Shown piece by piece: positions 24,601-33,977 of a stretch of DNA of 64,000 nucleotides. The stretch covers positions 3,720 through 67,719 of the forward strand of contig CAIUPP010000108.1 in the NCBI GenBank assembly GCA_903901045.1, written 5' to 3'. The stretch comes from an uncultured Planctomycetota bacterium (GTDB lineage Bacteria > Planctomycetota > Brocadiia > CAIUPP01). Positions within the stretch are counted from its first letter, which is position 1. Each line of letters starts with the position of its first letter. The position numbers were made by a program, and so were the translations under genes. A model generated the notes under the pieces. That model had not been told where the DNA came from, ran no database searches, and saw nothing but the letters and a program-made list of their open reading frames with translations.

Positions 24601-25596
24601 CGAATCGTGGGTCCACGTCTCGCCCCGGTTGGTGCTGAAATACAGCCCCTCGCGGGTGGTGAGCCAGAGGCCCTCTTCCCACGCGGCAATGTCGAAGATA
24701 TCATCCGTCTCGATGCCCGCCTTTCCCTTGATGCGGGACCAGCTTTCCCCCCAGTCGGTGCTGCGCGTCACGCCATGCCGCGTGCAGGCCCAGAGCACGC
24801 CGTCGATCAGCGCAACACGATTGACTCGGGAGGAGACGGGCTGGGCGATGGCGGAGGCGGTGCCGGTTTTCAGGGCGCGCCAGGAGTGCCCGCCGTCGGT
24901 GCTGCACAGCAGGTCGGGTCCGCCGCCGAAACGAGGCGGCGCGTCAAATCCGGCCAGCCAGACCATCCGGCCATGGGCGGTGTCGGCCACGGTGATGGAG
25001 GAGATGAACGCCGGAAATGCGCCGGGCAGCTTCTCCCATCGCGTTCCCCCATTGTTGGACTTGAAGATGCCCGAAGCGGAACTGGCCCAGACTTCCCCCA
25101 TGTATTCCGTCACGGCCCAGATTTCGGGGCCGGGGCCTTCCGTCTCGGGGGAGAACAGGGTCCAGTTTTTCAGGTCGTCGCTGCCGAAGCAGAGGCCGTT
25201 CAGGGTGCCCACCCAGATGCCGTTGCGTCCGGCGGAGATGGAGGTGATGTTGTTGCGCCGCATGAGCGGTTCGCCTCCAAGCGCGCGGCCGGCGGGCCGG
25301 GAGGGAAGGTCGGAGCGAGCCTTCGGCGGGTGGGCGAACGCCAGGTTCACCACGTTCCACGTGGCCCCGTTGTCCGCGGTCCAGACGAGGCCGCGGTCGG
25401 TGCCCACCCAGAGCCGCCTGGAGGCGTCGCGGTCCAGGCAGGTGACGATGTGCGAGATGAAGGCGCCCGAGGCCAGTTGCGGGAACTGCTGCCACTCCCC
25501 CACGAGCCCCAATTCCGCAGGGGCGCAGCGCGCCCCGGCGAAAAAGAGCGCCAGCAAGAGCGGCCAGCACAGCGGGAACCGTCCTCTTACAACCAT
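21679..25596 (-). CDS. large secreted BNR/Asp-box beta-propeller repeat protein with C-terminal TIGR03790-like domain
   Basis: Signal peptide. At least 8 SxDxGxTW-type boxes (STDGGHSW, SRDGGQNW, TRDGGRSW and others). The C-terminus VLVVINDKSAESGLVGEEYAKARNIP...GDPLYTP is recalled as TIGR03790-like. Confidence 0.8.
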   Translation of the reverse strand: MVVRGRFPLCWPLLLALFFAGARCAPAELGLVGEWQQFPQLASGAFISHIVTCLDRDASRRLWVGTDRGLVWTADNGATWNVVNLAFAHPPKARSDLPSRPAGRALGGEPLMRRNNITSISAGRNGIWVGTLNGLCFGSDDLKNWTLFSPETEGPGPEIWAVTEYMGEVWASSASGIFKSNNGGTRWEKLPGAFPAFISSITVADTAHGRMVWLAGFDAPPRFGGGPDLLCSTDGGHSWRALKTGTASAIAQPVSSRVNRVALIDGVLWACTRHGVTRSTDWGESWSRIKGKAGIETDDIFDIAAWEEGLWLTTREGLYFSTNRGETWTHDSRLRCPVRAGIAAESRLWLATEGGLIVRSRAGEWQSYSTCANALCMAVTREDGVDVWWVGTTGGLARSRDGGQNWRTLTVADGLPSNLILCLAADGDRVWAGTDGGVWLSTKGGEGGRRFGKETGLRGLVIREIIAGPKDVWAATDHGLAWLQERQPEWRAIQSNLEWRAICLVQGVMYGAVVDNFDFRGEMRLISGNPETDKWQSLQVQGRESLHINQLLDVGEDLWLAGDEGLFRTRNGGATWAKFADETLWATRVTRMCRGPDNMLCVQSVPMDPPSLMAFLNVTRDGGRSWTVLAAPLPGQVQGLLVKGDRLMVGTAETQLEANLLRGTVAAYDGFERDLRSARNSWLAWNRIAAFAASTYRPDQLGITGMVDRYAIHGPTLWFGSIGAGAMNKDVPLLEPWRHAWSADRTPVSIEAFARFHGEDILAMADAPDGMWFGTSRGLYFSDRRDRVNSWRPDTRQLLSVPVRALVVARGLLWVGTDTGLNTFNPATGVWETLRTDNSALPDDRVTCLGFDGKTVWGGTRHGAFRVDEDGLLKVLPPPMAEETVADLALGEAREYFATDRGVRALDRDGVTRHHLQRDNSPLDDNDVLRVFIDGPDLWAATRKGVTKVLHDSAEPPALAESESSLRGPEGVLVVINDKSAESGLVGEEYAKARNIPEVNLCRINCSTQETISRALFNRDVRDPIRDYLFDKGLARKISFIVTTRGVPLRIAPEAGEPQEGGRLRTEASVDSELALVGREYSIGGPMPNPYLHRDQPFNSNVLGMFLVTRLDGPTLNTTTALYKDAITVEEERSLGSRGFARFDLYPIEDKVADRINAGILRNYKLLSRQERLLGRVVPPERTLLPLFRIGSGYNTFFYLGWGAYEYRPEVFFWVKGAIAVDLDPSSASTLRQASGSWTAGALGAGVTATMGTVYDPGPFETLSVDNLYRYTKAGYTWAEIAYMSIENLSWQAVVVGDPLYTPMK

Positions 25597-25601
25597 GGGC
25601 C

Positions 25602-27002
25602 TCAGTCCATCTTCGGCAGGTGCGTCAGCGCCTCGGCAATCGCCTCCTCCGGATGTTCGTAGTCGCTCAACTGTTTGTTCAGGTAGGCGTCATAGGCGGA
25701 CAGGTCGAAGTGCCCGTGTCCGCTGAGGTTGAAGACGATCGTCCTGGCTTTCTTCTCCGCCTTGCAGCGAAGCGCCTCGTCGATGGCGGCGCGCACGGCA
25801 TGGGCGGTCTCGGGGGCGACGACGATCCCCTCGGTCATGGCGAACATGACGGCCGCCTCGAAGACCGGGTTCTGCGCGTAGGCCACGGCTTCGCACAGTC
25901 CGTTCTCCTTGAGGTGGCTGACGATGGGGGACATGCCGTGGTAGCGCAGTCCGCCCGCGTGGATGCCGGAGGGCATGAAGGTATGGCCCAGCGTGTTCAT
26001 CTTGAGCAGCGGGGTCATGCCGGCGGTGTCGCCGAAGTCGTAACGGAACGGCCCCTTGGTCAGCGACGGGCAAGCCGTGGGCTCAACCGCCACGAAGCGC
26101 AGGTCGGGACGCCCCTTGAGCTTCAGCGGGACGAAGGGGAGGACCAGTCCGGAGAAATTGCTTCCGCCGCCGGTGCAGCCGATGAGCACATCGGGCTTCT
26201 CGCCGGCCATCGCCAACTGCTTTTCCACTTCCAGGCCGATCACGGTCTGGTGCAGCATCACGTGGTTGAGCACGCTGCCCAGGGTGTACTTGGTGTCCTC
26301 ATGCTTCGCGGCGTCCTCGACCGCTTCGCTGATGGCGATGCCGAGGGAGCCGGTGGAATTCGGGTTCGCGGCCAGGATATTGCGCCCGGCTTCGGTGTCC
26401 TTGCTGGGGCTGGCGACCACTTCCCCGCCCCACAGGCGCATGAGCGACTTGCGGTAGGGCTTCTGGTCGTAGCTGACGCGCACCATGTACACCTTGCATT
26501 TCAGTCCGAACTGGGCGCAGGCGAAGGAGATGGCGCTCCCCCACTGCCCCGCCCCCGTCTCGGTGGTGAGGCGGGTGACCCCCTCCATCTTGTTGTAGTA
26601 CGCCTGGGCGATGGCGGTGTTGGGCTTGTGGCTGCCCGCGGGGCTGACCGATTCGTTCTTATAGTAGATGTGCGCGGGGGTTCCCAGTTTCTTTTCCAGG
26701 TTGAGCGCGCGCACCAGCGGAGTCGGACGCCAGAGTTTGAGGACTTCCTGCACCGGCTGGGGGATGGCGATCCAGCGCTCGGTGCTGACTTCCTGCTTGA
26801 TGAGTTCCATCGGGAAGATCGGCGCCAGGTCCTGCGGTCCCACCGGCTTCTTGGTGACTGGATGGATCGGCGGCGCCAGCGGCGTCGGCAGATCGGCGGC
26901 CACGTTGTACCACGCCTGCGGCATTTCCTTTTCGGACAGCAGAATCTTGCGTTCCATGAGTCTCTCCTCAAGGGCCTCGACATAGGGGAAATACCGCGGC
27001 AT
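25602..27002 (-). CDS. trpB2: TrpB2-type tryptophan synthase beta-like PLP enzyme
   Basis: [40 protein letters not shown]. An alternative start is at 26957. The ORF upstream of 27002 is read-through of a repeat element. Confidence 0.9.
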   Translation of the reverse strand: MPRYFPYVEALEERLMERKILLSEKEMPQAWYNVAADLPTPLAPPIHPVTKKPVGPQDLAPIFPMELIKQEVSTERWIAIPQPVQEVLKLWRPTPLVRALNLEKKLGTPAHIYYKNESVSPAGSHKPNTAIAQAYYNKMEGVTRLTTETGAGQWGSAISFACAQFGLKCKVYMVRVSYDQKPYRKSLMRLWGGEVVASPSKDTEAGRNILAANPNSTGSLGIAISEAVEDAAKHEDTKYTLGSVLNHVMLHQTVIGLEVEKQLAMAGEKPDVLIGCTGGGSNFSGLVLPFVPLKLKGRPDLRFVAVEPTACPSLTKGPFRYDFGDTAGMTPLLKMNTLGHTFMPSGIHAGGLRYHGMSPIVSHLKENGLCEAVAYAQNPVFEAAVMFAMTEGIVVAPETAHAVRAAIDEALRCKAEKKARTIVFNLSGHGHFDLSAYDAYLNKQLSDYEHPEEAIAEALTHLPKMD

Positions 27003-27057
27003 CGTATCAAAACGGCGCACGGCTCGCAAGAAGCGCGGGGGGACGGATAGGGTCGAG

Positions 27058-27100
27058 GTGGGGACACAAAACTTTCCTTTGGAAAGTATTGTGTCCCCAC
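27058..27100. repeat. 43-nt REP-like palindrome, copy 1 (GTGGGGACACAAAACTTTCC-TTT-GGAAAGTATTGTGTCCCCAC)
   Basis: 20-nt arms with 19 of 20 positions paired and one conserved A-A mismatch. Confidence 0.85.
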
Positions 27101-27195
27101 CGGACCGGCCTGCCAACCAGGATGATTTCAACAGAGCAACCGAAATCTCACTTCTTCCTAACGAATCACCAGCGCGGACGTTATATGCTTTCAGC

Positions 27196-27687
27196 ATGAC
27201 ACGCTGTCTCACATTGAAGGTGACCAAGGGCCCCGAGGCCGGGCGCAAGTTGTTGACGCCCCCTGAGGGCGCGACGATCGGGCGCAGTCCGCAGGCGGAT
27301 ATTGTCATTCGGGACACGCGCCTTTCGCGGCAGCACGTCTGCATTTACCAACGGCGCGGCAAGGATTGGATTATCGAGGACCTCGGCAGCCGCAATGGAA
27401 TGCTGGTGAACGGCGAGCCGGTGGAGAAGGGCGCGCTGTACCCCGGCGACCGAGTCGAAATCGGCTCCGTAACGCTGCGCGTGGGAGAGGGCTTCCCGCT
27501 CAAGCCGGCGTTGGCCGCGGCGCTCGGTGTGGTTCTAATAGGGATCCTCGCGCTGGTCGTCCACGCCCACACGACGCCGGCCGCAGGCGCCGGGGCGCTC
27601 GTTCCCGCGTCCGCCGGCGCAAAGTCCTCTGAGCCAAACTGGTACAACCAGAGGAAGGCGGCGATCGACCGGGAATCGCAGAAGTGA
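27196..27687 (+). CDS. FHA-domain protein with C-terminal TM segment
   Basis: [22 protein letters not shown]...[15 protein letters not shown], followed by a hydrophobic stretch ([15 protein letters not shown]). Confidence 0.8.
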   Translation: MTRCLTLKVTKGPEAGRKLLTPPEGATIGRSPQADIVIRDTRLSRQHVCIYQRRGKDWIIEDLGSRNGMLVNGEPVEKGALYPGDRVEIGSVTLRVGEGFPLKPALAAALGVVLIGILALVVHAHTTPAAGAGALVPASAGAKSSEPNWYNQRKAAIDRESQK

Positions 27688-27880
27688 AGCCCCCACCGCT
27701 TGTCTCGAACACTGTGAGTTTGCGGAACCATCCGAGAAGTGTAGAATACCATCCACAAGGCTCGCGCCGGCCGTGAGCCGATTTTCACCCGGACAATTCA
27801 GGTTTATTTGGCCAGGGGAGAACTGCATGGCAATGGACAGGTGTGGACGACGTGACGGGAACGGGGATTCCATCAATATC

Positions 27881-29887
27881 ATGAAGACATTGGCAATCCT
27901 ATTGTGTGTGCCGCTCCTGTCCTTCACCGCCCTGGCCGCCGATCCGGCGACGAGTGCGACGCGCGCTGACAAAGGGCCCTCGTATCCGATCTCGGACAAT
28001 GTCCTGACGACCGTCGACCAGATGGTCCTGCCAACGGCCCTGCCTCAGGGGACAGCGACGCTGCTCCCGTGCCAGGTTTCTCAGTACGCGGCCAACCACT
28101 ACGGCGAGTGGACGATTGGGTCCGGCTATTCCTACGTCAAAACGGATATGGAAACTGGAGACGTTGCGCCATCCACCCCGGATCCTGAGGCCGCCACGCT
28201 TCTGACGTTCTTCACGATGAGCGACGTCCATATCGACGACAAGGAATCCCCGGCTCAGGTGCCCTACTACGGTTACCAGAATGGGCCTTTGGCCAATTCA
28301 TCCTCCTATTCAGCGATCATCCTATATACGACCCACGTCCTGGATGCCGCAGTCCAGACGGTCAACGCCCTGCACAATAGCCAGCCGTTCGATTGCGGCA
28401 TTTTTCTCGGAGACGCGGTCAACAACAACCAGTACAACGAACTCCGATGGTATATCGACGTCATCGACGGCAAGAAGATCACCCCCAGCTCCGGCGCGCA
28501 CCGGGGCGCCAAGACCATCGATTATCAGAGGCCGTACCAGGCCGCCGGGCTCGACAAGTCGATCCCGTGGTATCAGACCATCGGCAACCACGATCAATTC
28601 TTTGTGGGCTGTCTCCGGCCGGACGATTACATCCGCAAGACCATGGTCGGCTCCAGCATCCTGAACCTGAGTGACACGCCCCCCACCACGGTGGGCGCGC
28701 TGAGCGGCCGAGGGTTCTATATGGGAGTCGTGGATGGCACAACGGAGTTCGGCGACATCATCGACGTCGGGCCGGTCGATTACTTCCGCAAACCTCCGAA
28801 GGTGGCCGCCGACCCGAACCGCCACTCGCTCTCGGTGAGGGATTGGATGAGCGAATTCCTGAAGACCACCTCGTCACCGGTGGGTCATGGATTCACCAAG
28901 GAGATGGCCAACCAGGGATTCGCCTGCTATCACTTCTATCCCAAGGCGGATGTTCCGATCAAGATCATCGTGCTCGACGATACCGACAAGTCCGGCAGCG
29001 CAGGCGCCGCGCTGGATTATCAACGCTACAACTGGCTCGTAAAAGAACTCGACGATGGCGAGCAGGCAAACGAACTCATGATCATCTGCGCTCATATCCC
29101 GGTGCGCCCCTATGCCCAGAATCCGCCGCCCGCTAACAACCCCTATACTCCCTTGATGACCATGTTTGAATCGTATTCCATGATCTCCGAACAGACCTTG
29201 CTGGACAAGCTCCACACCTATAAGAACCTCATCATGTGGGTGTCGGGACATGTGCATCGCAACGCCATCACGCCACAACCGGCGTCGAATGGTGATCCCG
29301 AATACGGCTTCTGGGAAGTCGAGACCCCCTCGTTGCGCGACTTGCCCCAGGAGTTCCGGCGCTTCCAGATCGTTCGCAACAGCGACAACACGACCATTTC
29401 CATCTTCGCGACCGATATCGATCCTGCGGTCAATACCACCCCGCTCGAACGCGGATCGTCGTCGCCCGCGCTGATCTCGCGTTCCTATGCGATCGCAACC
29501 ATGCAGATATTCAACAATATCGTGGCGCAGGCGCCCCATATCGATGCCACTTCCGGCGTCTACAATGCGGAGCTTGTCAAACAACTTAGCCCGGCCATGC
29601 AAGCGAGGCTCGCGCAAATCTCACCGGCTGTCAGTGCGTTCACAATCAATGGCAATGCCGCCTCGTCCGCGAGCACATCGGTTACGCTGAACAACGCCGT
29701 GGCGGGCAGCACGCCGACGCAGTACATGGCCAGCGAATCCGCCGACTTCGACGACGCCGTCTGGTCGCCCTGGTCGAAAGCTCCCTCATTTACCGTGAGC
29801 TCAACCCCTGGAACCAAGACCGTCTACTTCAAAGTGAAAGACGGCTCGGGAGCGGAATCGGCCGTTGCCAGCGCATCGTATCGTTGA
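27881..29887 (+). CDS. secreted calcineurin-like metallophosphoesterase
   Basis: Signal peptide MKTLAILLCVPLLSFTALA. Motifs SDVHID, GDAVNN, GNHD, CAHIP, SGHVHRN. Confidence 0.8.
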   Translation: MKTLAILLCVPLLSFTALAADPATSATRADKGPSYPISDNVLTTVDQMVLPTALPQGTATLLPCQVSQYAANHYGEWTIGSGYSYVKTDMETGDVAPSTPDPEAATLLTFFTMSDVHIDDKESPAQVPYYGYQNGPLANSSSYSAIILYTTHVLDAAVQTVNALHNSQPFDCGIFLGDAVNNNQYNELRWYIDVIDGKKITPSSGAHRGAKTIDYQRPYQAAGLDKSIPWYQTIGNHDQFFVGCLRPDDYIRKTMVGSSILNLSDTPPTTVGALSGRGFYMGVVDGTTEFGDIIDVGPVDYFRKPPKVAADPNRHSLSVRDWMSEFLKTTSSPVGHGFTKEMANQGFACYHFYPKADVPIKIIVLDDTDKSGSAGAALDYQRYNWLVKELDDGEQANELMIICAHIPVRPYAQNPPPANNPYTPLMTMFESYSMISEQTLLDKLHTYKNLIMWVSGHVHRNAITPQPASNGDPEYGFWEVETPSLRDLPQEFRRFQIVRNSDNTTISIFATDIDPAVNTTPLERGSSSPALISRSYAIATMQIFNNIVAQAPHIDATSGVYNAELVKQLSPAMQARLAQISPAVSAFTINGNAASSASTSVTLNNAVAGSTPTQYMASESADFDDAVWSPWSKAPSFTVSSTPGTKTVYFKVKDGSGAESAVASASYR

Positions 29888-29947
29888 AGTGGCTTCCATT
29901 AGGTGGCGTCGAACAGGGGGCCGTGTCAACTCCGTAGCTGGAGGTCG

Positions 29948-30604
29948 ATGGTGCCGCGAATGAAGCCGACGCATGTCGAGATCGAGGCGAAGCTCATTCT
30001 CCCGAAGGCGGAGCGGCTCAAACAACTGCCGCAGGCGCTTCGGAGCGTCTGTTGCTCGACCAGGAAGCTGGGGCTGGCGCTCATCCGCGATACGTATTAT
30101 GACACCCCCCACTGGCGGCTGCACCGGGCGGGCTTTGCCTGCCGGATCAGGCGCACGGAGGGCAGGGCGATGCTGGTCCTCAAGTCGCTCCGCCGCCCCA
30201 GCGGAGGCGTCAGCGTGCGCGCCGAGTATGAGCAACCGCTCCGCACGCCGATTGGCGGCTTTCTGCGCAGGCTGACCGGCCCCGTCGGGGGCAAGGTGAA
30301 GAAGTTCTGCGGGGGCGAGCCGCTGCAGGCGCTGTTCGTCGTGCGCAACCGGCGGCGGACTTTCGAAGTGACCTGCGCGGACGGGCTGGTGGCGCAGGTC
30401 TGCGCCGATGATTTCACGGTAACCGCTGGCGGCAATTCGCGCGAGCTGGCGGAACTGGAACTGGAGGTCGTGCGGGGAGACCGCCGCCAACTGCAGCGGC
30501 TCGCGCGCGCGCTATCCGCCCGATTGAAGCTCTCCCCCGGATCGCGCGCGAAATTCCAGCAAGGGCTGGAAGTCGGAGGACACAGGCCACACGCCGCGCG
30601 GTAG
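29948..30604 (+). CDS. CYTH-domain (triphosphate tunnel metalloenzyme) protein
   Basis: EIEAK (ExExK) signature, RDTYYDTP, ELELE. The start is uncertain (29948 or 29960). Confidence 0.75.
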   Translation: MVPRMKPTHVEIEAKLILPKAERLKQLPQALRSVCCSTRKLGLALIRDTYYDTPHWRLHRAGFACRIRRTEGRAMLVLKSLRRPSGGVSVRAEYEQPLRTPIGGFLRRLTGPVGGKVKKFCGGEPLQALFVVRNRRRTFEVTCADGLVAQVCADDFTVTAGGNSRELAELELEVVRGDRRQLQRLARALSARLKLSPGSRAKFQQGLEVGGHRPHAAR

Positions 30605-30628
30605 GGCAAAGTGGGGACGCTGGCGGAG

Positions 30629-30671
30629 GTGGGGACACAAAACTTTCCTACGGAAAGTATTGTGTCTCCAC
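30629..30671. repeat. REP-like palindrome, copy 2 (loop TAC; one C-to-T change in the right arm)
   Basis: Same 43-nt element. Preceded by a partial left arm at 30610-30619. Confidence 0.85.
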
Positions 30672-30712
30672 CGTGCGCCATCAGGTCACGCCGCGTGCGC
30701 CGGCGAAGCGAA

Positions 30713-30755
30713 GTGGGGACACAAAACTTTCCTTCGGAAAGTATTGTGTCCCCAC
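30713..30755. repeat. REP-like palindrome, copy 3 (loop TTC)
   Basis: Same element, 41 nt after copy 2. Followed by CCACCGTGCG, which is also repeated. Confidence 0.85.
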
Positions 30756-30798
30756 CGTGCGTCGTGCCCCACCGTGCGACTGCCTTGCGAAACCGGCG

Positions 30799-31317
30799 CT
30801 ACGCTTTCTTCCGCTTCATGCGCTTGGATACCTTCGCGCGCTTCGCGGCCTTCGCCGGATTCGCGACCTTCCTGGCGGCGGCTTTCTGCTCATCCAACAG
30901 GCGTCGCACGTCGCGGCGGCCCAGCGAACGCAGTCCGATAATCTTCGCCTTCATCTCCGGGCGCGGGCGCACGCGACCGCTTTCCCAGAAGCCGACGGCG
31001 CTCACGCTGACGCTCAGAAGTTTGGCCAGTTCCGGCTGCGTGAGCTTCAGTTTGCGACGCAGCTTCTTGATGAGGCCGGGCGACAGCCGCGCGCTCTCCG
31101 CCGCTTCCACGGCCACCCCGCCGGCCGCCTGCTGAAACCGCGTGCGCGTGCTTTCCTGCGCCAGACGGCTCTTGATGGCGTTGACTTCGCCGGCGATCTG
31201 CGCCAGCTTCTTATTGAGCCGTCGCACTTCCTCGACGGACTTCGCGAGGATTTGTCTGGCTTCGCGGCGGGCAAGGCGGCTGATTTCCATCTTGATGGCC
31301 GACTCAACTTTACCCAT
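30799..31317 (-). CDS. coiled-coil plus XRE-type HTH protein with Lys/Ala-rich tail
   Basis: LKLTQPELAKLLSVSVSAVGFWESGRVRP. Confidence 0.6.
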   Translation of the reverse strand: MGKVESAIKMEISRLARREARQILAKSVEEVRRLNKKLAQIAGEVNAIKSRLAQESTRTRFQQAAGGVAVEAAESARLSPGLIKKLRRKLKLTQPELAKLLSVSVSAVGFWESGRVRPRPEMKAKIIGLRSLGRRDVRRLLDEQKAAARKVANPAKAAKRAKVSKRMKRKKA

Positions 31318-31486
31318 TTTGCATCCTTCCCTGGAACCTGTTCATTCGAGAACTGCCCGCCGAAGTCAGGATATCGCTATGAGGAACTGCTGTCAAGCAA
31401 CGACGGCGCGGAGGTGCATTAGAAATGCGCGGGATAATTGGGTACAATTCTTCTCCATGACTTTTTTGGCGCAGGGGAGGAATCCC

Positions 31487-32578
31487 ATGAAGAAGGCGAT
31501 GGTCCATTTCATTCCGGTCCGCGACGGCGAGGCAACGGCCTCCGTGGCGGAGAAGACGGCGCGCATCCTGGATGCGGCCGGCTTCGAGCGGCTGCTGCGC
31601 AAGGGGTGCGCGTGCGCGGTGAAGACGCATTTCGGCGAGAAGGACTGCGACGGCTACGTGAAGCCGGAGATCGCCGCCGAGGTCTGCCGGTTCGCCAGGA
31701 CGCTCGGAACGCTCCCCTTCGTGACCGATACCAACACGCTGTATCGCGGGAGGCGCAGCAACGCGGTGGACCACCTCCTGCAGGCGGAGGACCACGGCTT
31801 TACCACGGCGCGTCTTGGCGCGCCGGTGATCATCGCCGACGGCCTGCACGGCGCCGACCAGGTGAGCGTGCCGGTGCAGAAGACGAAGCACTTCCCGGAG
31901 GTGCGCATCGCGACGGCGCTGCACCAGGCCCCCTGCTCCATCGTTCTGTCGCACGTGAAGGGGCATATGGTGGTGGGTCTCGGGGCGGCGATCAAGAACA
32001 TCGGGATGGGCTGCGCGGCGCGCGCGGGCAAGCTGGCGCAGCACCAGGGGGGTGTGCCCATTTTCCGCAAGGAGAAATGCGTCGCTTGCGGCATCTGCGC
32101 GCGCTGGTGCCCCACCAACGCCATCCAGATCGAGGCGGATTCGGCGAAGAAGAAGCATGCCTTGCTCGCTCCCGAGAAGTGCATCGGTTGCGGCGAGTGC
32201 CTGGCGCTCTGCCCGGAGGACGCCGTCGGTTTCGCCTGGGGCGATGACGGGACGGCGTTGTGCGAGAAGATCGTCGAGCATGCGCTGGGATTCTCGCTCA
32301 CCAAGCCGTGCGGGGTCGGCTATCTCAATTATGTGATCGACGTCACCCGCAACTGCGATTGCATGGGAATGAAGCAGAAGGCGGAGTGGCCGAACGTGGG
32401 CATCCTGGCCTCCACCGACCCGGTCGCCGTGGACAAGGCGTCCGCCGACCTGTGCCTGAAGGAGTACGGGCGCGATATCTGGAGCGAGTGGTGGCCGAAG
32501 TCGAGATACGAGATTCTGTTCCGCTATGGCGAGGAAGTGGGGCTCGGCTCCACGCGGTACGAGTTGGTTGAGTTATAA
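31487..32578 (+). CDS. DUF362-domain protein with two 4Fe-4S ferredoxin motifs
   Basis: GGAGG before the ATG. AVKTHFGE...FVTDTNTLY, CVACGICARWCP and CIGCGECLALCP. Confidence 0.8.
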   Translation: MKKAMVHFIPVRDGEATASVAEKTARILDAAGFERLLRKGCACAVKTHFGEKDCDGYVKPEIAAEVCRFARTLGTLPFVTDTNTLYRGRRSNAVDHLLQAEDHGFTTARLGAPVIIADGLHGADQVSVPVQKTKHFPEVRIATALHQAPCSIVLSHVKGHMVVGLGAAIKNIGMGCAARAGKLAQHQGGVPIFRKEKCVACGICARWCPTNAIQIEADSAKKKHALLAPEKCIGCGECLALCPEDAVGFAWGDDGTALCEKIVEHALGFSLTKPCGVGYLNYVIDVTRNCDCMGMKQKAEWPNVGILASTDPVAVDKASADLCLKEYGRDIWSEWWPKSRYEILFRYGEEVGLGSTRYELVEL

Positions 32579-32603
32579 CAAGGGACATTCTGGAGATAGT
32601 GCA

Positions 32604-33923
32604 ATGACGAACGAGACGCGAGTCGGGAACCGCTGGATTGTCGCGCTGGCCGGCACCGCCCTGCAGATGTGCCTGGGCACGGTGTACGCCTGGAGCGTCT
32701 TTCAGAAGCCACTGGTCGCAAACTTCCATTGGAGCCAGACGTGGACGGCGATGACGTTCAGCCTTGCCATCGTCTTCCTGGGGCTGGCCGCGGCGGCCGG
32801 CGGGATGCAACTGGGGCGTTTCGGCCCGCGGAAGCTGGCGGTGACCGGCGGAGCGCTGTTCGGAGCGGGGTACCTTGTCGCCGCCTTCGCTCTATCCATC
32901 AAGTCGCTGCCCTTGCTCTACCTGGGCTATGGAGTGATAGGAGGCGTGGGGCTGGGCTTGGGCTACGTCACCCCCGTCGCGACCGCGGCGAAGTGGTTCC
33001 CGGACAAGAAGGGGCTCGTGACCGGGATGGTGGTGATGGGGTTCGGCTTCGGCGCGCTGCTGATGAGCCTGTTCTTCGCGCCGATGCTCATGAAGGCCAC
33101 CCACGGCAATCTGGTCGCCGTCTTCGCATGGCTGGGGGTCATTCTGGGGACGCTGGCCATCGTGGCGGCGCTGTTCCTGCGCAATCCGCCGGCGGGGTAT
33201 GTGCCGGCCGGATATGTCCCGCGCCAGGCTCCCCTGGTAACGGACGGACTGAAGGAAATTCAGAAGGAGCGTTCCGCCGCTGACAGCATTTTCTCCAGCC
33301 GGTTCGCGATCATGTGGCTGGTCTTCTTCTGCAACATCACCGCGGGGATCGCCATGGTGAGCTTCACCTCGCCGCTGATGCAGGAGGTGTGGGTCCGGGC
33401 GCATCCGCCGATGAACGCAACCAAGGAGGCGCTGGCGGCCTACTGGCTGAGCGTGGCCTCCATCGGCGCAACGCTGGTGGCGATCAGTTCGCTGTTCAAC
33501 GGAATCGGGCGGTTCTTCTGGGGAGCCGTTTCCGACCGCATCGGGCGGGCGCAGACTTTTCAAACCATGCTGGCCAGCCAGGTGCTGGTGTTCACGGCGC
33601 TGATGGTGACGCACAATCCCATTCTGTTCGCGGTCCTGATCTGCTACATCCTGCTCTGTTACGGCGGCGGGTTCGGGACGATGCCTTCCTTCGTCCTGGA
33701 TGCGTACGGCCCGAAGCGGATGCCGGTGATGTATGGGACCATCCTGACGGCCTGGTCCGCGGGCGGGTTCGTCGGGCCGCTGATCATCGGCTTCCTGAAG
33801 GACCACTTCGCGTCGCAGGCGTCCTATTTCGCCTTCCTGCTGGCGGCGGGCGTCCTGATTATCGGCCTGGTGCTCAGCACGGCGCTGTCCAATGAGACGG
33901 AGCGCGGAGCGGGACGGGCGTAA
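32604..33923 (+). CDS. MFS transporter (oxalate/formate antiporter-like)
   Basis: About 12 hydrophobic segments. N-terminus NRWIVALAGTALQMCLGTVYAWSVF. Confidence 0.8.
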   Translation: MTNETRVGNRWIVALAGTALQMCLGTVYAWSVFQKPLVANFHWSQTWTAMTFSLAIVFLGLAAAAGGMQLGRFGPRKLAVTGGALFGAGYLVAAFALSIKSLPLLYLGYGVIGGVGLGLGYVTPVATAAKWFPDKKGLVTGMVVMGFGFGALLMSLFFAPMLMKATHGNLVAVFAWLGVILGTLAIVAALFLRNPPAGYVPAGYVPRQAPLVTDGLKEIQKERSAADSIFSSRFAIMWLVFFCNITAGIAMVSFTSPLMQEVWVRAHPPMNATKEALAAYWLSVASIGATLVAISSLFNGIGRFFWGAVSDRIGRAQTFQTMLASQVLVFTALMVTHNPILFAVLICYILLCYGGGFGTMPSFVLDAYGPKRMPVMYGTILTAWSAGGFVGPLIIGFLKDHFASQASYFAFLLAAGVLIIGLVLSTALSNETERGAGRA

Positions 33924-33977
33924 CGAACGGCGATTTGCGATTACTGATTTCTGATTACTGAATTGCGATTAGTGAAA

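Noticed and set aside
22318-25726. Very long plus-strand ORFs (482, 571 and 399 aa) opposite the BNR-repeat gene
   Set aside because: Their products are Gly/Ala/Arg/Pro-rich and low-complexity, typical of shadow ORFs in GC-rich DNA. The minus-strand frame carries coherent repeat motifs and a signal peptide.
25620-27050. 476-aa plus-strand ORF opposite trpB2
   Set aside because: Antisense shadow ORF. The minus frame has unmistakable TrpB2 motifs.
27058-27195. N-terminal extension of the FHA ORF (start at 27058), and similar extensions at 31142-31486 and 32526-32603
   Set aside because: The extensions translate the REP-like palindrome or intergenic sequence. Internal ATGs with SDs (27196, 31487, 32604) match the family N-termini.
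30608-30790. Two adjacent 43-nt repeats with a 41-nt spacer, considered as a mini CRISPR array
   Set aside because: There are only two adjacent copies, the repeats are long perfect palindromes, identical solitary copies occur at 27 kb and 34 kb, and there are no cas genes. REP-like is the better explanation.
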